A DNA stretch of 60,820 nt, counting the filler, from Dirinaria sp. TL-2023a (taxonomy: Eukaryota): the NCBI GenBank assembly GCA_051941275.1. It is 9 parts of 9 records of this genome, joined end to end, with 100 filler letters (N's around TTAATTAATTAA, not from the genome) between each part and the next. Parts side by side here need not be neighbours in the genome. Positions count along the whole stretch, not along the records: positions 47,419 to 54,070 come from JAVEBF010001442.1; positions 54,171 to 60,820 come from JAVEBF010001443.1; 7 more parts are not named here. The stretch is one strand, 5' to 3'. The notes under the pieces were generated by a model. It saw nothing but the letters and a program-made list of their open reading frames with translations, did not search any database and was not told where the DNA came from. A program made the translations under genes and the position numbers. Below, piece by piece: positions 48,064 to 60,181 of this stretch; the stretch's first letter is position 1, and each line of letters opens with the position of its first letter.

Positions 48064-50868
48064 TTAAATAGGCATCCCGCCTCCAATATCAGAACCCATG
48101 AACACACCGCCGGTATTGCCAAAGGCGTTCGATCCAGCTTGCATCTGGGATTGCTGGCCTTGGCCATCAACAAGGCCCGGCGCGACCATCGGCATATCCA
48201 TCTGCATGGGCCAGGTCGAATTGAGACCGTCCATTCCTGCGTTCTGAATATATGAATCCCATGCTTCCTAGAGAACCAATTTTTGTCAGCCTTCGCCTTG
48301 TTTTGTAGAAACGCTGTTAAATAGCCTAAAAGTAGGGTAATGAACTGAGCTTACCCAATCGATGTTCGCGGCCTGCATATTCACCGCATCTCCTCCACCC
48401 ATGAAAGATAATGGACTCGGTGCGGATGCGGTTCCGTTCGCGGATTCTCCGAGGGAGAAATTAGGTGCGGCCAGATTCGCTTTCTGCTGCTCGCTCGTCG
48501 TCGTCCCAGGTACGGGCGGATACCCGCTGCTGCTGAACATATTCGCCGTGTTCGGCGTCATGCCTCCGTTGCTGAGCATGCCCAGAGTCATCGCTGCAGA
48601 ATGCTCGGGCTTCTCTTCGACTTGGGAAGAGCCGTATGTGTTGGCTGTGGAAGAGCCGCACATTCCCATGCCCGGGAACGGGAACGGGCTTTGTGGTCGC
48701 TGGCCTCCCGGGTTGTTTGGAGACTTGAGCTTCTTGAGCATCACGGTGATCAACTCGCTGGCTTTGAATGCCTCCATTGACTGGTCCCGGGTCTCCCCCC
48801 ATATCTCGGCAGATATCTCCAGCGCTCTCATCATATCCGCACGGCGTTCCAAGCCCCAAGTGTACAGATCAGCCGAACCACGACCAGCGCCCTCCGCTTC
48901 CGCGCCGTACCAGAGATCGAGGCAGATGATCATCGCTGCCAGCAAGAAGTCGTGCGAAGTCTGGGAGCTTATAAATATCTTCATCCCGTGCAGACGTCTT
49001 CCGGGCTTGGACTCGTAGTGCAGCGTTGCTTGATGGTTGAGAAGCTCCATAGACGAGTCCACACAAGTACGCCGGGACTGGGCGTAACGATTGTTCTCGC
49101 GTGCCCGGGCCAGAAACTTGCGATGCAACACGCACTGACCTTTATGATACAACATTGCCAAATTGATTCTCTGCATCACCAAAGCCCCTGGGTCCATCAT
49201 GCACTCCTGGATAGAGCGCAGCCGAAGATGGGGTGGGTACTCCGCTCGCGTCGTTCGTAAGAGCTCGTCCAAAGCCATCAGCTCCTCATAGCTGGACGGC
49301 GTTACCGCGTGGACTCGCTCGATGACCTTTCCGAACGCGAATGCCATCGTGGCTTTGGCCCTCATGTAGGAGACTGGTGTTGCTTCTGTAAACGGTCGTG
49401 ACGGTGGAAGAACTTTGATGTCCTCATCAAACTCGTCGTCGAATATATTTCTTGGTAGCTCCGTGTCACAGTCTCCCAGGCGGATCATGCTTGGTAGACC
49501 GATCTGGAACGAGAACAACAGATCGGATTGGCGAACAAAAGTCCAAACACGCCTACGGATCTCGCCTTGGAACGGGGTGATATTGGGATAGTATTTGGGA
49601 TCACGGTGATATCCCATGCGCATCGCAAGACGAGCGATCATGCCTACCAAGACCCATACTCCAACGTTTGTATCACGATGGCGAGCATATTGGCCGTGTA
49701 AGTGAAGCACCAGAGTCTCAATCATGTGGTTGACAGGCTTCAAAAAGTCAGCAAGGAGTAAACATTGGCCAGCAAGGGAGCTGTAATGTGAAGCTAATTC
49801 CAACGATTGGCCTTGATATTCTGGAGGCTCGTCGCCACTTCGATGATAGGTGTGCATGGCTAAGCACATGACTGCAAAGATCTGGCCCAACCATGCAGGA
49901 CTTGTCGCTTGGGGATCTTCCCAGTGCCGATTATACATTCGATACCACGAAGGCGGATGTAGAACGTGCACAGCAGGATCGTAAGAATTGAAATAGCGCG
50001 ACACCAGTCGGTCCGTAATCGATCGTTCCGGTAGAGCGGACAGCAGTTCGACGAAAGACGGCGTTCGACCGCCGCCAAACAAGTAATGAAGCCCTTGTCC
50101 TGAATCTCTCTTGTCGTTGGCTGCCTCTACTTTTGCTGCCTGGTCTTCGTATAGCTTCTTATGCTCGCTGAAGTAATTCTTCAACTCGGAGATCTGTGCA
50201 AGTAAGTCTTCTGTAGATGTTAACCCAGGCGGAGGGCCCTACATCTTTTAGGATCGCTGCCCAATGCGAATCCCCAAAGTACATCGATTTTGTATTATCA
50301 ACCTTCATAACGCCTAGCGACTGTGCCACTTGGTCTGTCTCGCTTTCACCCTCCTCACCATCCATCTTGACGGGTCCGTTTGGGCTGTTGACGAAGTCAC
50401 CATCGCGTTCCATGTCCGGTGGATAACTCAGAGAGCTACCGCTTTCACTCATCGACAAGGCGCGCTGCGCTGCGGCTGGCCCGGCCGATTGCGCGCCATT
50501 GGTCATCAGTGAAAGCACCAAACCTTCCAGTCGGTCGATCCGATCTTGCATTCCGTCCGGACTGTTGGCAGAACTCGAGGATGAGGATTGTTTCTTGCGA
50601 CTTCCTGGTGCCACGTAGGAGCATGACATCGAGTCACCCCGTTTTACACAATTTTCGCAAGGTTGTGTCCTGTTGCACTTCAACCTGTTCTTCAAGTCAG
50701 CGTACGCGCGCTGCCGAATGCGTATCTCTCCTTATCGAGCAACGCTCACTTTCTAGTTCTGCAAGGTGCACAGGACAGCGGCACTCTGTTCCTTCTCCTC
50801 ACAACTTTGAAATCCCCGTTCGGAGACAAGCCTTGGCTTGAACTAGCTGATGGCGGAGTTGGAGTCAT
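48064..50868 (-). CDS. Zn(II)2Cys6 transcription factor with fungal-specific TF domain, 4 exons
   Basis: RRRNRVPLSCAPCRTRK|LKCNRTQPCENCVKRGDSMSCSY; ARLAMRMGYHRDP, EIRRRVW and CDTELPRN; terminal IDW|EAWDSYI; three canonical introns. Confidence 0.93.
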
Positions 50869-51983
50869 CCTGGCGATTTCTGTGGCCTTGCTCCTCGTTC
50901 AAATATGTCGTAACCGGAAGTCGTGGAGCAATGTTCCTGTGGAAGGAAGTCTATTGCAGCTTTGTGGATCGCGCGAATCGCGCGCGCACCTATTGAGATG
51001 GGACACGGGCGCAGGCTGTGAAGATTGCGGCGAAAGGGTTTCCAATGGCGGGACCTGTCGCAATGGTTGGAATCCCAAGCTCCGATACTCCTGAAGTATG
51101 GGACGGTCGATCTCGGGCTGCAGCGATATGGATCGGGATGCGCAATCAGGCGAACAGTGGCACATCAAAGTCAGCTCAGGCCCTGCAAATTGGAATCGGG
51201 AAGAATGTAGAAAGGAAAAAACTTGGAGAGGTGGATGGAAGCATGGGTGGTGCTCCTCCTTGAGTTTAATAGGGCGGTGCCGCTGATGGATGGAATGGAG
51301 CTTGTAACTTTAAAGTCCGACTCGACTACGTACTACGGAAGTATTTCAATCGATACAAGCAAAGGTAAGGCAGTAGTTATTACCCTATGACTTATCAAGC
51401 TCCTGACTAATTACTAAGCGATCATCGGCCGTCTGGGCATCAAACAGGGATGATGTCAGAAAAGGGCATGCGGGGGGCCTCGAAAGGGAGAGGGATGCCG
51501 ATGACTCACCCCTCAGGCCCTCTCACCTACTTTACCTTCTTATGGAAAAACTTGATGCCTGATTTTATCCCTGTGCATAAAATCCACCTCTCCTAAGTTA
51601 ATAATGTACTGTTGTACTTACTTCTAAGAAGCCTACCTTACCTTACCTACATGTACTTTCTTGCTGTTCTGGACTCCTTTTTCAGGATTGTGCAACTTTG
51701 ACTTTATGCACCAAAGTCAACATAGTAGTCGCATGGCACTGAAGAAAATAAAAGATCGCTTCTTCTAACGGATTATGTAGTTACAGAGGCTTTTCCCACG
51801 CCAGCACTGCTTTGCCCGGTGATGTTCCATAGCACTACTACGTCGAAACACAGGATGCGGACACTTCCGAGTACGCAACAGAGGCGGATCGTCTTTCTAT
51901 TCTACAGCTAAGGAAAGCTATCAGTTGATGCTCAAAATGAGAAACACAAGTCGTTTTCAAGAAGTACCTAGGTTTCGCTCCTC

Positions 51984-54043
51984 TCACGTGTAATTCTTGG
52001 TGAATGATGACACAACCTCCTTCAACTTTCCATCCATCTCCTTGCTCAACTGCCCTTCCTTATCAATAGCTGCCAGAAGGTCCCCTTCGTTGGTTCGTAA
52101 ATGGTTGAGGAAATCTTGCTCCCACTGCAAAATCTTCGGGACGGGAACATTGTCAAGATGGCCGTTGACACCGGCGTAGATGATCGGGACCATCTCATTG
52201 ACGGCCATCGGCTGATATTGCTTCTGCTTCAGCAACTCCGTGAGACGCTCGCCCCGGCTGAGGGTTTGCTTGGTAGCAGCATCAAGGTCGGAGCCGAACT
52301 GCGCGAATGCAGCAACCTCGCGGTATTGAGCCAAGAAGAGCTTCAACGAACCGGCCACTTGCTTCATGGCCTTGAGCTGAGCAGCAGATCCGACACGTGA
52401 CACGGACAGACCGACGTTGATGGCTGGACGGACACCCTTGTAGAACAATTCAGATTCCAAGAAAATTTGCCCGTCAGTGATGGAAATGACATTGGTCGGG
52501 ATGTAAGCGGAGACGTCTCCACCTTGGGTCTCGATGACAGGCAGCGCCGTCAAAGACCCGCCACCGTTCTTCTCGTTCAACTTGGCGGCTCGTTCCAGCA
52601 GACGCGAGTGGAGGTAGAATACACTAAAGTAAGAAATCAGCATCTTGAGATCATCGATACTTTTCAGCCACGGTAATAAACTCACTCTCCAGGATAAGCC
52701 TCACGTCCGGGAGGACGACGGAGTAGCAGGGACATTTGACGGTAAGCGACGGCCTGCTTAGATAGATCATCGTAGACAATGACAGCGTGCTTGCCATTGT
52801 CACGGAACCACTCTCCCATGGCGCATCCTGTGAAGGGGGCAATATACTGCAGAGGCGCAGCTTCAGAGGCAGTGGCTGCCACAACAATCGAGTATTTCAT
52901 AGAATCGTTCTCCTCCAAAGTCTTCACAAGCTGCGCTACCGTAGATCTTTTCTGTCCGACTGCGACGTACACGCAGTATAGCTTTTTAGTCTCGTCATTA
53001 CTATTATTCCAACGACGTTGATTGAGTATGGCATCTAAGGCAACGGCGGTCTTCCCCGTTTGTCGGTCACCGATAATCAATTCTCGCTGTCCACGGCCAA
53101 TCGGTACCATTGCGTCGATGGGTTTCAGCCCGGTCTGCACAGGCTGGTTGACGGAGTGACGAGGAAGGATGCCGGGTGCTTTGAGCTGAGCTCGGCGCTT
53201 CTCGGAGGTCTTTATGGGGCCTTTGCCATCGATGGGGTTTCCTAAGGCATCTACGACGCGGCCAAGCATTTCACCTCCAACGGGTACATCGACCTACACA
53301 CCGTAAGTTAGGGGCCACATAAGGTGCTCCTGCACTACGCACAATCTCGCCTGTACGCTTCACGGTCTCGCCCTCCTTCACAAGACGATCAGAACCAAAG
53401 AGCACCACACCGACTTGCCCAGCTTCGAGGTTCATGCACATTCCTTTCACACCCGATGCGAACCTGGAGATAAGTAAGCACCAAGCGCAGGACAGCCTCC
53501 ATCATTCTACTTACTCGACAAGCTCTTCAGCCTGAACATTGTTCATTCCGTGCACACGTGCGATACCATCTCTATGCGTTTAGAGCAGTCAGCCGCGCTG
53601 AGCCCTATTTTCGGATTGGGAGTAGGTTTTGGGAGTGTAAACTACATACCCGACAGACAGGACACGTCCAGTCTCGGCAAGACCAGATTCCTCTTGAACT
53701 CCGCGTATCCTCTGCTCTAGTATGGAGGAGACTTCAGTAGGAGAGGCTTTAGCATCGGCAGCATAGCTTCGAGCTTGTTTTGTCGCGGAAAAAATAGTTG
53801 CAGGTGCCGATGTGCGAGGCTATAGCAGTGGAAGTCAGTCACGCATCTTCTTGAAGCCACTTGTAGCCCGGTATCACGACATCGACGATGGCGAAGTAGA
53901 TCATTGAGATGTCTCGTTGTAATGAAGGCATTTGCAGGAAGACAGCTATCAGATGGTATTTGTGGACTTACAACGGCAGCTCTGCCGGTCGCAGCAACAG
54001 CTCCAACCGTCCGGCTGGACTGCCTCAATGCGTTACGAATCAT
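51984..54043 (-). CDS. ATP1: Mitochondrial F1 ATP synthase alpha subunit, multi-exon
   Basis: Presequence [57 protein letters not shown] and [13 protein letters not shown]. Confidence 0.97.
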
Positions 54044-54070
54044 ATTGAGGCAGAAGGGAGACCGGCCGGG

Positions 54071-54170
54071 NNNNNNNNNNNNNNNNNNNNNNNNNNNNNN
54101 NNNNNNNNNNNNNNTTAATTAATTAANNNNNNNNNNNNNNNNNNNNNNNNNNNNNNNNNNNNNNNNNNNN
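54071..54170. other. Artificial contig linker
   Basis: N44-TTAATTAATTAA-N44. Confidence 0.98.
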
Positions 54171-54479
54171 TTCATACACTTTCGCTTCAAACTTACCTAC
54201 ACATCTCCACCGGAAAGCTATCCTCGAACAACCTAAATCCAAAGATATAACCCCATAATATCCCACCTCTCCCCATTACCCAAATCCAAATCCAAATCCC
54301 CACTCTTGACCACGTACTCGTCCCCCTCAACCCACTTCACTTGCACTCAAGTTGGAAAGCAGGCAGGCAGGTAGTAAACCCTAGAATGTTTAAATACATA
54401 TAGAGCTTATTTCAAACAAGTAAAAAGAAAGAAGAAGAAAGTCAAGGAGCCCATACCTGGTGCACATAGCCGCGTTCTG

Positions 54480-56228
54480 CCTCTACACATTTTATCTTTC
54501 TCTTTGCCGTTGGAGTGCTCATAACACGTCCAGACCATGGACCGAATCTGATATATTCTCCTGCGCGCTCTGCCGTCTCTTTTGAGCGCAGAGTGTTCGA
54601 TGGATCCTTTGTTATAGAGAAAATCCCTTCACTGACAAGCCGCGGCCGGAGCTGGATGCAGCATGGCATGACCTTCTGCAGAATGCCAACATCCGTGTGT
54701 CCAAAGCAACTCTAGATCGAGTGAATGGAAGCTCAATTGCGTTTTCTGATGGTGACGGATACTATGCGCAATTGGGGATGTTCCACGAGCTACACTGCCT
54801 CAAGCGAGTACCATCCCGATCTGCCGGACCAAATATACCATCCAATACAGGCAATTATCACCTACCAAGAATGGGGCCCCCTTTGGGTGCAAAATACAAG
54901 GTCGCTGCTGTCTTACAGTTATGAGGCCGGATGACGTTCAATTGCTGCCTACAATTACACTACACTTAGACTACTAAGGGTACTGCAGATTCCAGTACTT
55001 CCTTACCCAAACATACACTTACACTACCTACACACATACGAACTGCCAAACATAGGTGCAATTGAGCTCATAAATACTTCCTAAATCTGCCACTTATGAG
55101 CCCGGATGAGGTTCAATTGCTGCCTAATTGCGATTTCAAGCCGCTGGGCCAGCAGTTGATCCGGGAATCGTAGGACGCTGCTCGCAGTTTTTGGTGACCG
55201 GGAGTACTCTTCTCATGACGGCAGCTCTCGACAGGATTGCCAATCGCTACTTCGATGATCTTGACGACTATGGTAATCCTAACAAGAGCAAGCTTGCAGG
55301 CGAGTTAGTCACCATCAAGCCCGCGACGAGTTTCATTGCCTTTGCCCAAGCTACCGTTGTTTTATACCGACTTTAAGCAGTATGTGCACGAGAGCATGGC
55401 TCGACCCGGTGTGCCTCTCCCAGCTCCGGCCACGCTGGCAACATTGCCTGGGTGGATCAATAAAGTGACCCAAATCAATGATAGAGTTGCAAGGCACGTC
55501 TAGTGGTACGCCCTTTGGCAGCTAAGGCTACGGCGTGTCAGCAGACGGACGGCAGCATTTCTGGAGCAGTACAAACCAGCTGCTGAGCGAAGCGTCAACT
55601 CGTCATGCGAGCAAACTTACGTACAACAGACAACACAAAGATACAGCTTAGCTCGTTACGACGCCTGCTAAGCTGAAAGGGTGTGTCGGACCAAATATAC
55701 CATCAAATACAGCAATTATCACCTACCAAGAGTGGGGCCCCCTTTGGGTGCAAAATACAAGGTCGTTGCTGTCTTACACGATCAAAGCGCGGAAGCGAGG
55801 CAGCAGGATGCTCTGCATACTGGTAAGTCTTCCGCACGTATCCTCTAGCCCACAGGGAGACTAAGCTGACGAATGAGCTAGATCATTGCCTCGAGATCCT
55901 ACGACAAGGCGTCATGTGCCGAGGGGATATCTCGCTCGTCACATTCGTGTGGTCACCGAACAAGCGAGTACCATTGGCAGACTTCACTCGTCCTCATGAG
56001 TGTGTCAATTTCGACTCATTGAATCAATGGAGCGGAGAGCACAGTGTTGACGCTTTTGATCCGGGCTTGTTATACCATCCTACTTTGGGTAAGCCACGCT
56101 ACAGATCTTTCCTCGAGGCCAAGACTGACGCGAAGAAGGGGCTAGCTTTCCGACGGGCGATGGCGAGGTTGATGGTGTTTGAAGGAGAGCAGACATTTTG
56201 CGATCCAAAGTCTACATGCGGCGCATGA
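54480..56228 (+). pseudogene. UstYa-like (DUF3328) oxidase pseudogene interrupted by an LTR element
   Basis: LIYSPA...; PRPELDAAWHDLL; first motif FHELHCLK; after the insertion HT|DHCLEILRQGVMCRGDISLVTFVW and HECVNFD. Frameshifts near 54617 and 54808; boundaries approximate. Confidence 0.85.
54822..55778 (+). mobile_element. Non-autonomous miniature LTR retrotransposon (TRIM-like, Copia-type priming)
   Basis: LTRs 54822-54917 (96 bp) and 55684-55778 (95 bp), both TG...CA, differing by 4 substitutions and 1 indel. TSD CGATC at 54817-54821 and 55779-55783. PBS-like GTTATGAGGCC follows the 5' LTR; purine-rich GAAAGGGTG precedes the 3' LTR. Confidence 0.92.
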
Positions 56229-56675
56229 GCGGGAAATTTTGGTAAGGCAGTATTAGTCAACTGCTGGGTAAGCAAACTTGACTGTCAAGACTGCCAAGCC
56301 TTCAGGGCTTGTAGCAAACAGTCAAGGCGGCCTTCTTTTTATGGCAACGGAAGTTCAATTCCCAAAGATCAGCCTTCGAGGCTCATGAGCATTTTCCTGA
56401 AGATCCGAACACAGTATCATTGAACCATCTTTTCGAATTGACATCATGCTTTGCAGCTTCTAGACCGTGTATGTAGCACTATGAGCAATTTTTCTGAATG
56501 GAAATAGACATTGAAGCTGAAAGCTTTGACCAGGCACTTGGTAGTATTAATGGTATTAAGCTGGACGCATCCAATTTACTGGATGAGTCACCACAGACGA
56601 GAGGTGACCGTTCAAACAGAGAAAATGGTTCCGAGCTGTTCGTAAGACTGGATCGTGGGGCTCGCTGGGACGATA

Positions 56676-57602
56676 CTAAAACCCTCCGCTCAATGCCATT
56701 AACGCTGCTGAGGCGTCGTCGTCCCAAGGCTTGATGCCCTGACAGGCCAGCTCGTACATATTATCTTCGTCAAAAGGGTCGAGCGATGACATCAACCCTT
56801 CCATATCAGACATGCCACTTCTTCCATATCCTCTCGATCGCTTTCTTCTCGATCTTCCGCTGCCGTTCTTAGCCCTTTTTCCGGAAACCTTCGTACCGCC
56901 GACTGTGGCCCATTCCTCTTCCGTCTCCCACGCAACCAGATCATCAAGCCGCAGTATCTCATACAGATCCACTCTCCCTTTGCGGTCACGCTGCTCACCG
57001 AAAGGATTCTTTACACCACAGCGCCGGAGTATATCGGCTCCGGACAATCCAATCACCCAAGCCGCTTCATCGCTTTTATCCACACATTCCTCGACTTATC
57101 CGGTCTCTTTAAACTTTTCAAGGACAACTTTAGCCTCTTCCACTCTGGCATCATGCCACCTTAAACGGGCAGCTTTCATTGGCTCTGCTGCCGAAATTTC
57201 CCAGAGGTCAAAATCTCCGCGTGTGATCTCGCCTCTAATACATGCCTTCTCCTGCTCGGTTTCAGCGAGAACCTTGTCATGTGTCATGGCTTTATTGTAG
57301 AAAGCTTCCGCCCAAATAAGATGGTCCTTCAGCGCCGTCTGATCATGCAGCGGTAATCCGGCTTTCGTCAGGTCGTGAGAGTATGAACACTTTCTGCCCG
57401 TATTCTTCTCGAATCCGCAGCCAAATTCGCCGAAGAGAAAGTCTTTGCAGATATTCGGACCATCCAAGACCAAGCGTAAGGATCGACGGTCCGGTAGGTG
57501 ACTGAAGGTGCAGTCAGGTTTGAGGCATCGCGACGTGTTGTAGAATTTGCATGCTTTTTTTGAGGATTTATTTTCCCCTCTTGGCGGAAATGATAGCTGC
57601 AT
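56676..57602 (-). pseudogene. Tandem CCCH zinc-finger protein with one in-frame TAA
   Basis: CKFYNTSRCLKPDCTFSH and CKDFLFGEFGC...CSYSH. ORFs 57096..57671 and 56676..57083 share a frame and are split by TAA at 57098-57096. C-terminal ELACQGIKPWDDDA motif. Confidence 0.7.
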
Positions 57603-59234
57603 TCGTCGAAATACGCGTGTGAGAGATCCATTTGTGGCAATAATACTGTGCAAACAATTGCAAGATTGCAAAAGCTTCTCGAGAGGGGGTAAACAATTAA
57701 TCGAAGACGTGACGCGCTACGACCCCTCGGACCGGTAAGGTACAATTTCAAGCATCCCTGCTCAGCCTCGCTGTCATGCAGGGGCGCTCATTCGCAACCA
57801 TTTCGCGGTAATTCAAGATTATTAGCAACCTCAGATTATTAATTGTTCAAGGTTGCTTTGACGGACAGGCTTTGTGACTAATTCTCGCGGATCAAGGGAC
57901 GTCGGTACTCGGTCGTGTCTTGCAATTGGCGACGTAGGGTTCTTTGCTGTTTCCCATATAGGTCATTTTATATTAACTCTCAATCATAAACTGGTACGAT
58001 GCGCTTGAGAGAAAATAATGTCTCCGCCCATCTCCCTGCATCATGATGTTTTGACCTGTCGTGATGAAGTCCACAAATAACATAGGACGAAAAGGCTTGC
58101 GTATAACCTAGGGTTAGGCTTACTCTACCGGTACTTCCATTGTACAGCCGCGAGTGGGCGTACCTCAGGTAAGGTAAAGTCCTTAGCACTTTGGACCTTG
58201 CCACTGAGGCGATCTTCCTCTTCGGTATTTTATCCTTCATACTCAGCTCATCGCAAGAGCGTCAAGTGCAACATCTCTGTGGAAATGGAGAAACGTTGTA
58301 ATTACCACCACTTCGCATTGAGACTCTGAAATTTTTCAAGCCCTGGTCAGGATATATTCGATACTTGGATTTTCGATATGATGACTTTCTTGAACACATT
58401 AAGTTACACTGAACGCGCACTAATTTTTGAATTGAGAGACAATGTGTCGACGTTGACCAGAACTGTCGAAGAAACCTTGATGTGATAACCTTTTTTGGAA
58501 TGAAAACCTATCTATCGATTGAATTCAGAAGGACCCGTCGGCACTTCTGACTTGAGTCATGTGATATCTTCACCAAAGCACAATGGTAAGTGGGAAATTG
58601 CTGTCTCCTCCGTCCATATAATATTTTTGATCCTTCATTGTGTATGACTGATTCATTGAAAAAAAATTAAAAAATGAAAAGAGTGTGGTGAAACTAAATC
58701 GAAACTTGATTTTCAGTTGACCGGCTTCGGCCACTGGTCACATTCAGTGCTTCACTTCGAAGTCCTTTTTCGTATGGGAGATTGAAAACTGAAATCTTTG
58801 AACACTGCCATTTCAATAATGCGTCGTGTGGTAAAATTCGCAAGATAGATTTAGAGTTAGCGGCATGTGTATGCGATCGCGGCATGCAGACTTGCAAGCG
58901 ATAGCATCACATTTCCGCATGCCGCAATTCGTACGCTAAATTCGAAAGTACCTGGTATTAGACCGGTCCATCTGATGCGGCGGTCTTAATGTCCCGAAAC
59001 ACAGACGATAATACAGCCTCAATTTTAGCAGCAAAGCTATCAACTTCTCGATAAATGTCATTCCGCACCGTGTCTACTTCTCTTCTCCTCTCGGCTTGAA
59101 AGATGTTCGATGCTCTAGAAATACTCCTTTACCTCCAATAGAAGATCGTGATATCCGTACTATCGACAGCTTCGACCTTGAGCAGATAGAATTGCAACCA
59201 TGGTATTCCTTGGACGCCATGGACGTCTCTGCGT

Positions 59235-59895
59235 GATGAAGCAGATCCTCACGAATTTCTCGCTACTCCTTCCTCTTTTCTTCAGCTTTCTAGGTGCTGT
59301 CATCGGGGCTCCAGCATCTCCCACAATATGGCCAGACAGCGATGACAGTAGCCTTGTCTCGGGTGAAACAACATCTCTCGACCTTCGCTCGGGCAAGCTT
59401 ACTCGCCATCGGCCAGCTCATAACATTCACAGTCGTGACATTTCTTACGATCCGGTTCTAACGATATCTAACTGGCAACCATTCGACCCTTCCCCCAAAG
59501 CTATAGCAGGTATGGTAGCCGCAATGCAGGGCTTCCTAGCCTATCTTTCCAATTTAGGAGACGATTCACTTGCATCGGGGGCTACTCTTTCACTGCTCTA
59601 CGGCAACATCAGACCCACCATCAACATACAGAACGAGCCAGGAAAGCGCCAAGTAGAAGTTTGGGATCATCCTCCGACCCCTAATGAGATGCTCTTGAAG
59701 AACCTCAAGGCTATCATGCAGGGATGGGTGGACGGGTTCTTTGGGTTTGGAAAATTTATCTGGGATTACAGGGCATATGTTGTGCTGATCGTCAGCGTCA
59801 CGCTTCTAAACGGCAATCCAGCATTGCTGGGCGACAGAGCGGTTCGATTCGGACCTGAGCCGAATGGGTATCGGCCAAGATATCTTGTCTTCTGA
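59235..59895 (+). CDS. Small secreted protein, related to 17742..18287
   Basis: Signal peptide MKQILTNFSLLLPLFFSFLGAVIGAP; motif LLYGNIRPTI...TPNEMLLKNLKAIMQGWVDGFFG. Confidence 0.7.
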
Positions 59896-60001
59896 GTGTA
59901 TCAATAAAATTTATGAATATTCCGACTACCTACTGCTTACACTCAAGGATTCCTTCTACAGCCCTTCCAGCTTCTTCTATTGACAGCACCGGTACCCTTG
60001 A

Positions 60002-60181
60002 TCACACAGCATTTGCACTCTGATCCTTCTTCTTGTCACGGGCTGACCCACGCAAACGCCTCACCAGATAATTTGCAAGGACGAGACACATCCCTATAGC
60101 GAGGAATACCAGCACCAACAAGACCCAGAGCGGGAAGCATGTCGTTCCGAAATCTCCGTTGCAAGTCTTTGCGATCTTCAT
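60002..60181 (-). CDS. Possible small single-pass membrane protein
   Basis: MKIAKTC...FPLWVLLVLVFLAIGMCLVLANYLVRRLRG: one TM helix followed by a basic tail; no recognised homology. Confidence 0.3.
   Translation of the reverse strand: MKIAKTCNGDFGTTCFPLWVLLVLVFLAIGMCLVLANYLVRRLRGSARDKKKDQSANAV

Noticed and set aside
51630..51652. TACCT/AGGTA runs (also near 6060, 7195 and 58168) as a specific regulatory motif
   Set aside because: This is common low-complexity sequence in ascomycete intergenic DNA, with no consistent position relative to genes.
57030..57099. Second AT-AC intron (ATAAGT at the TAA in the CCCH gene)
   Set aside because: No CTRAC branch point or pyrimidine-rich acceptor follows; a nonsense mutation is simpler.
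24196..57602. Stop-codon reassignment as the explanation for the in-frame TAG/TAA codons
   Set aside because: Conserved genes here end normally with TAG (eIF3a), TAA (Hsp70) and TGA (ATP1) and have no internal stops.
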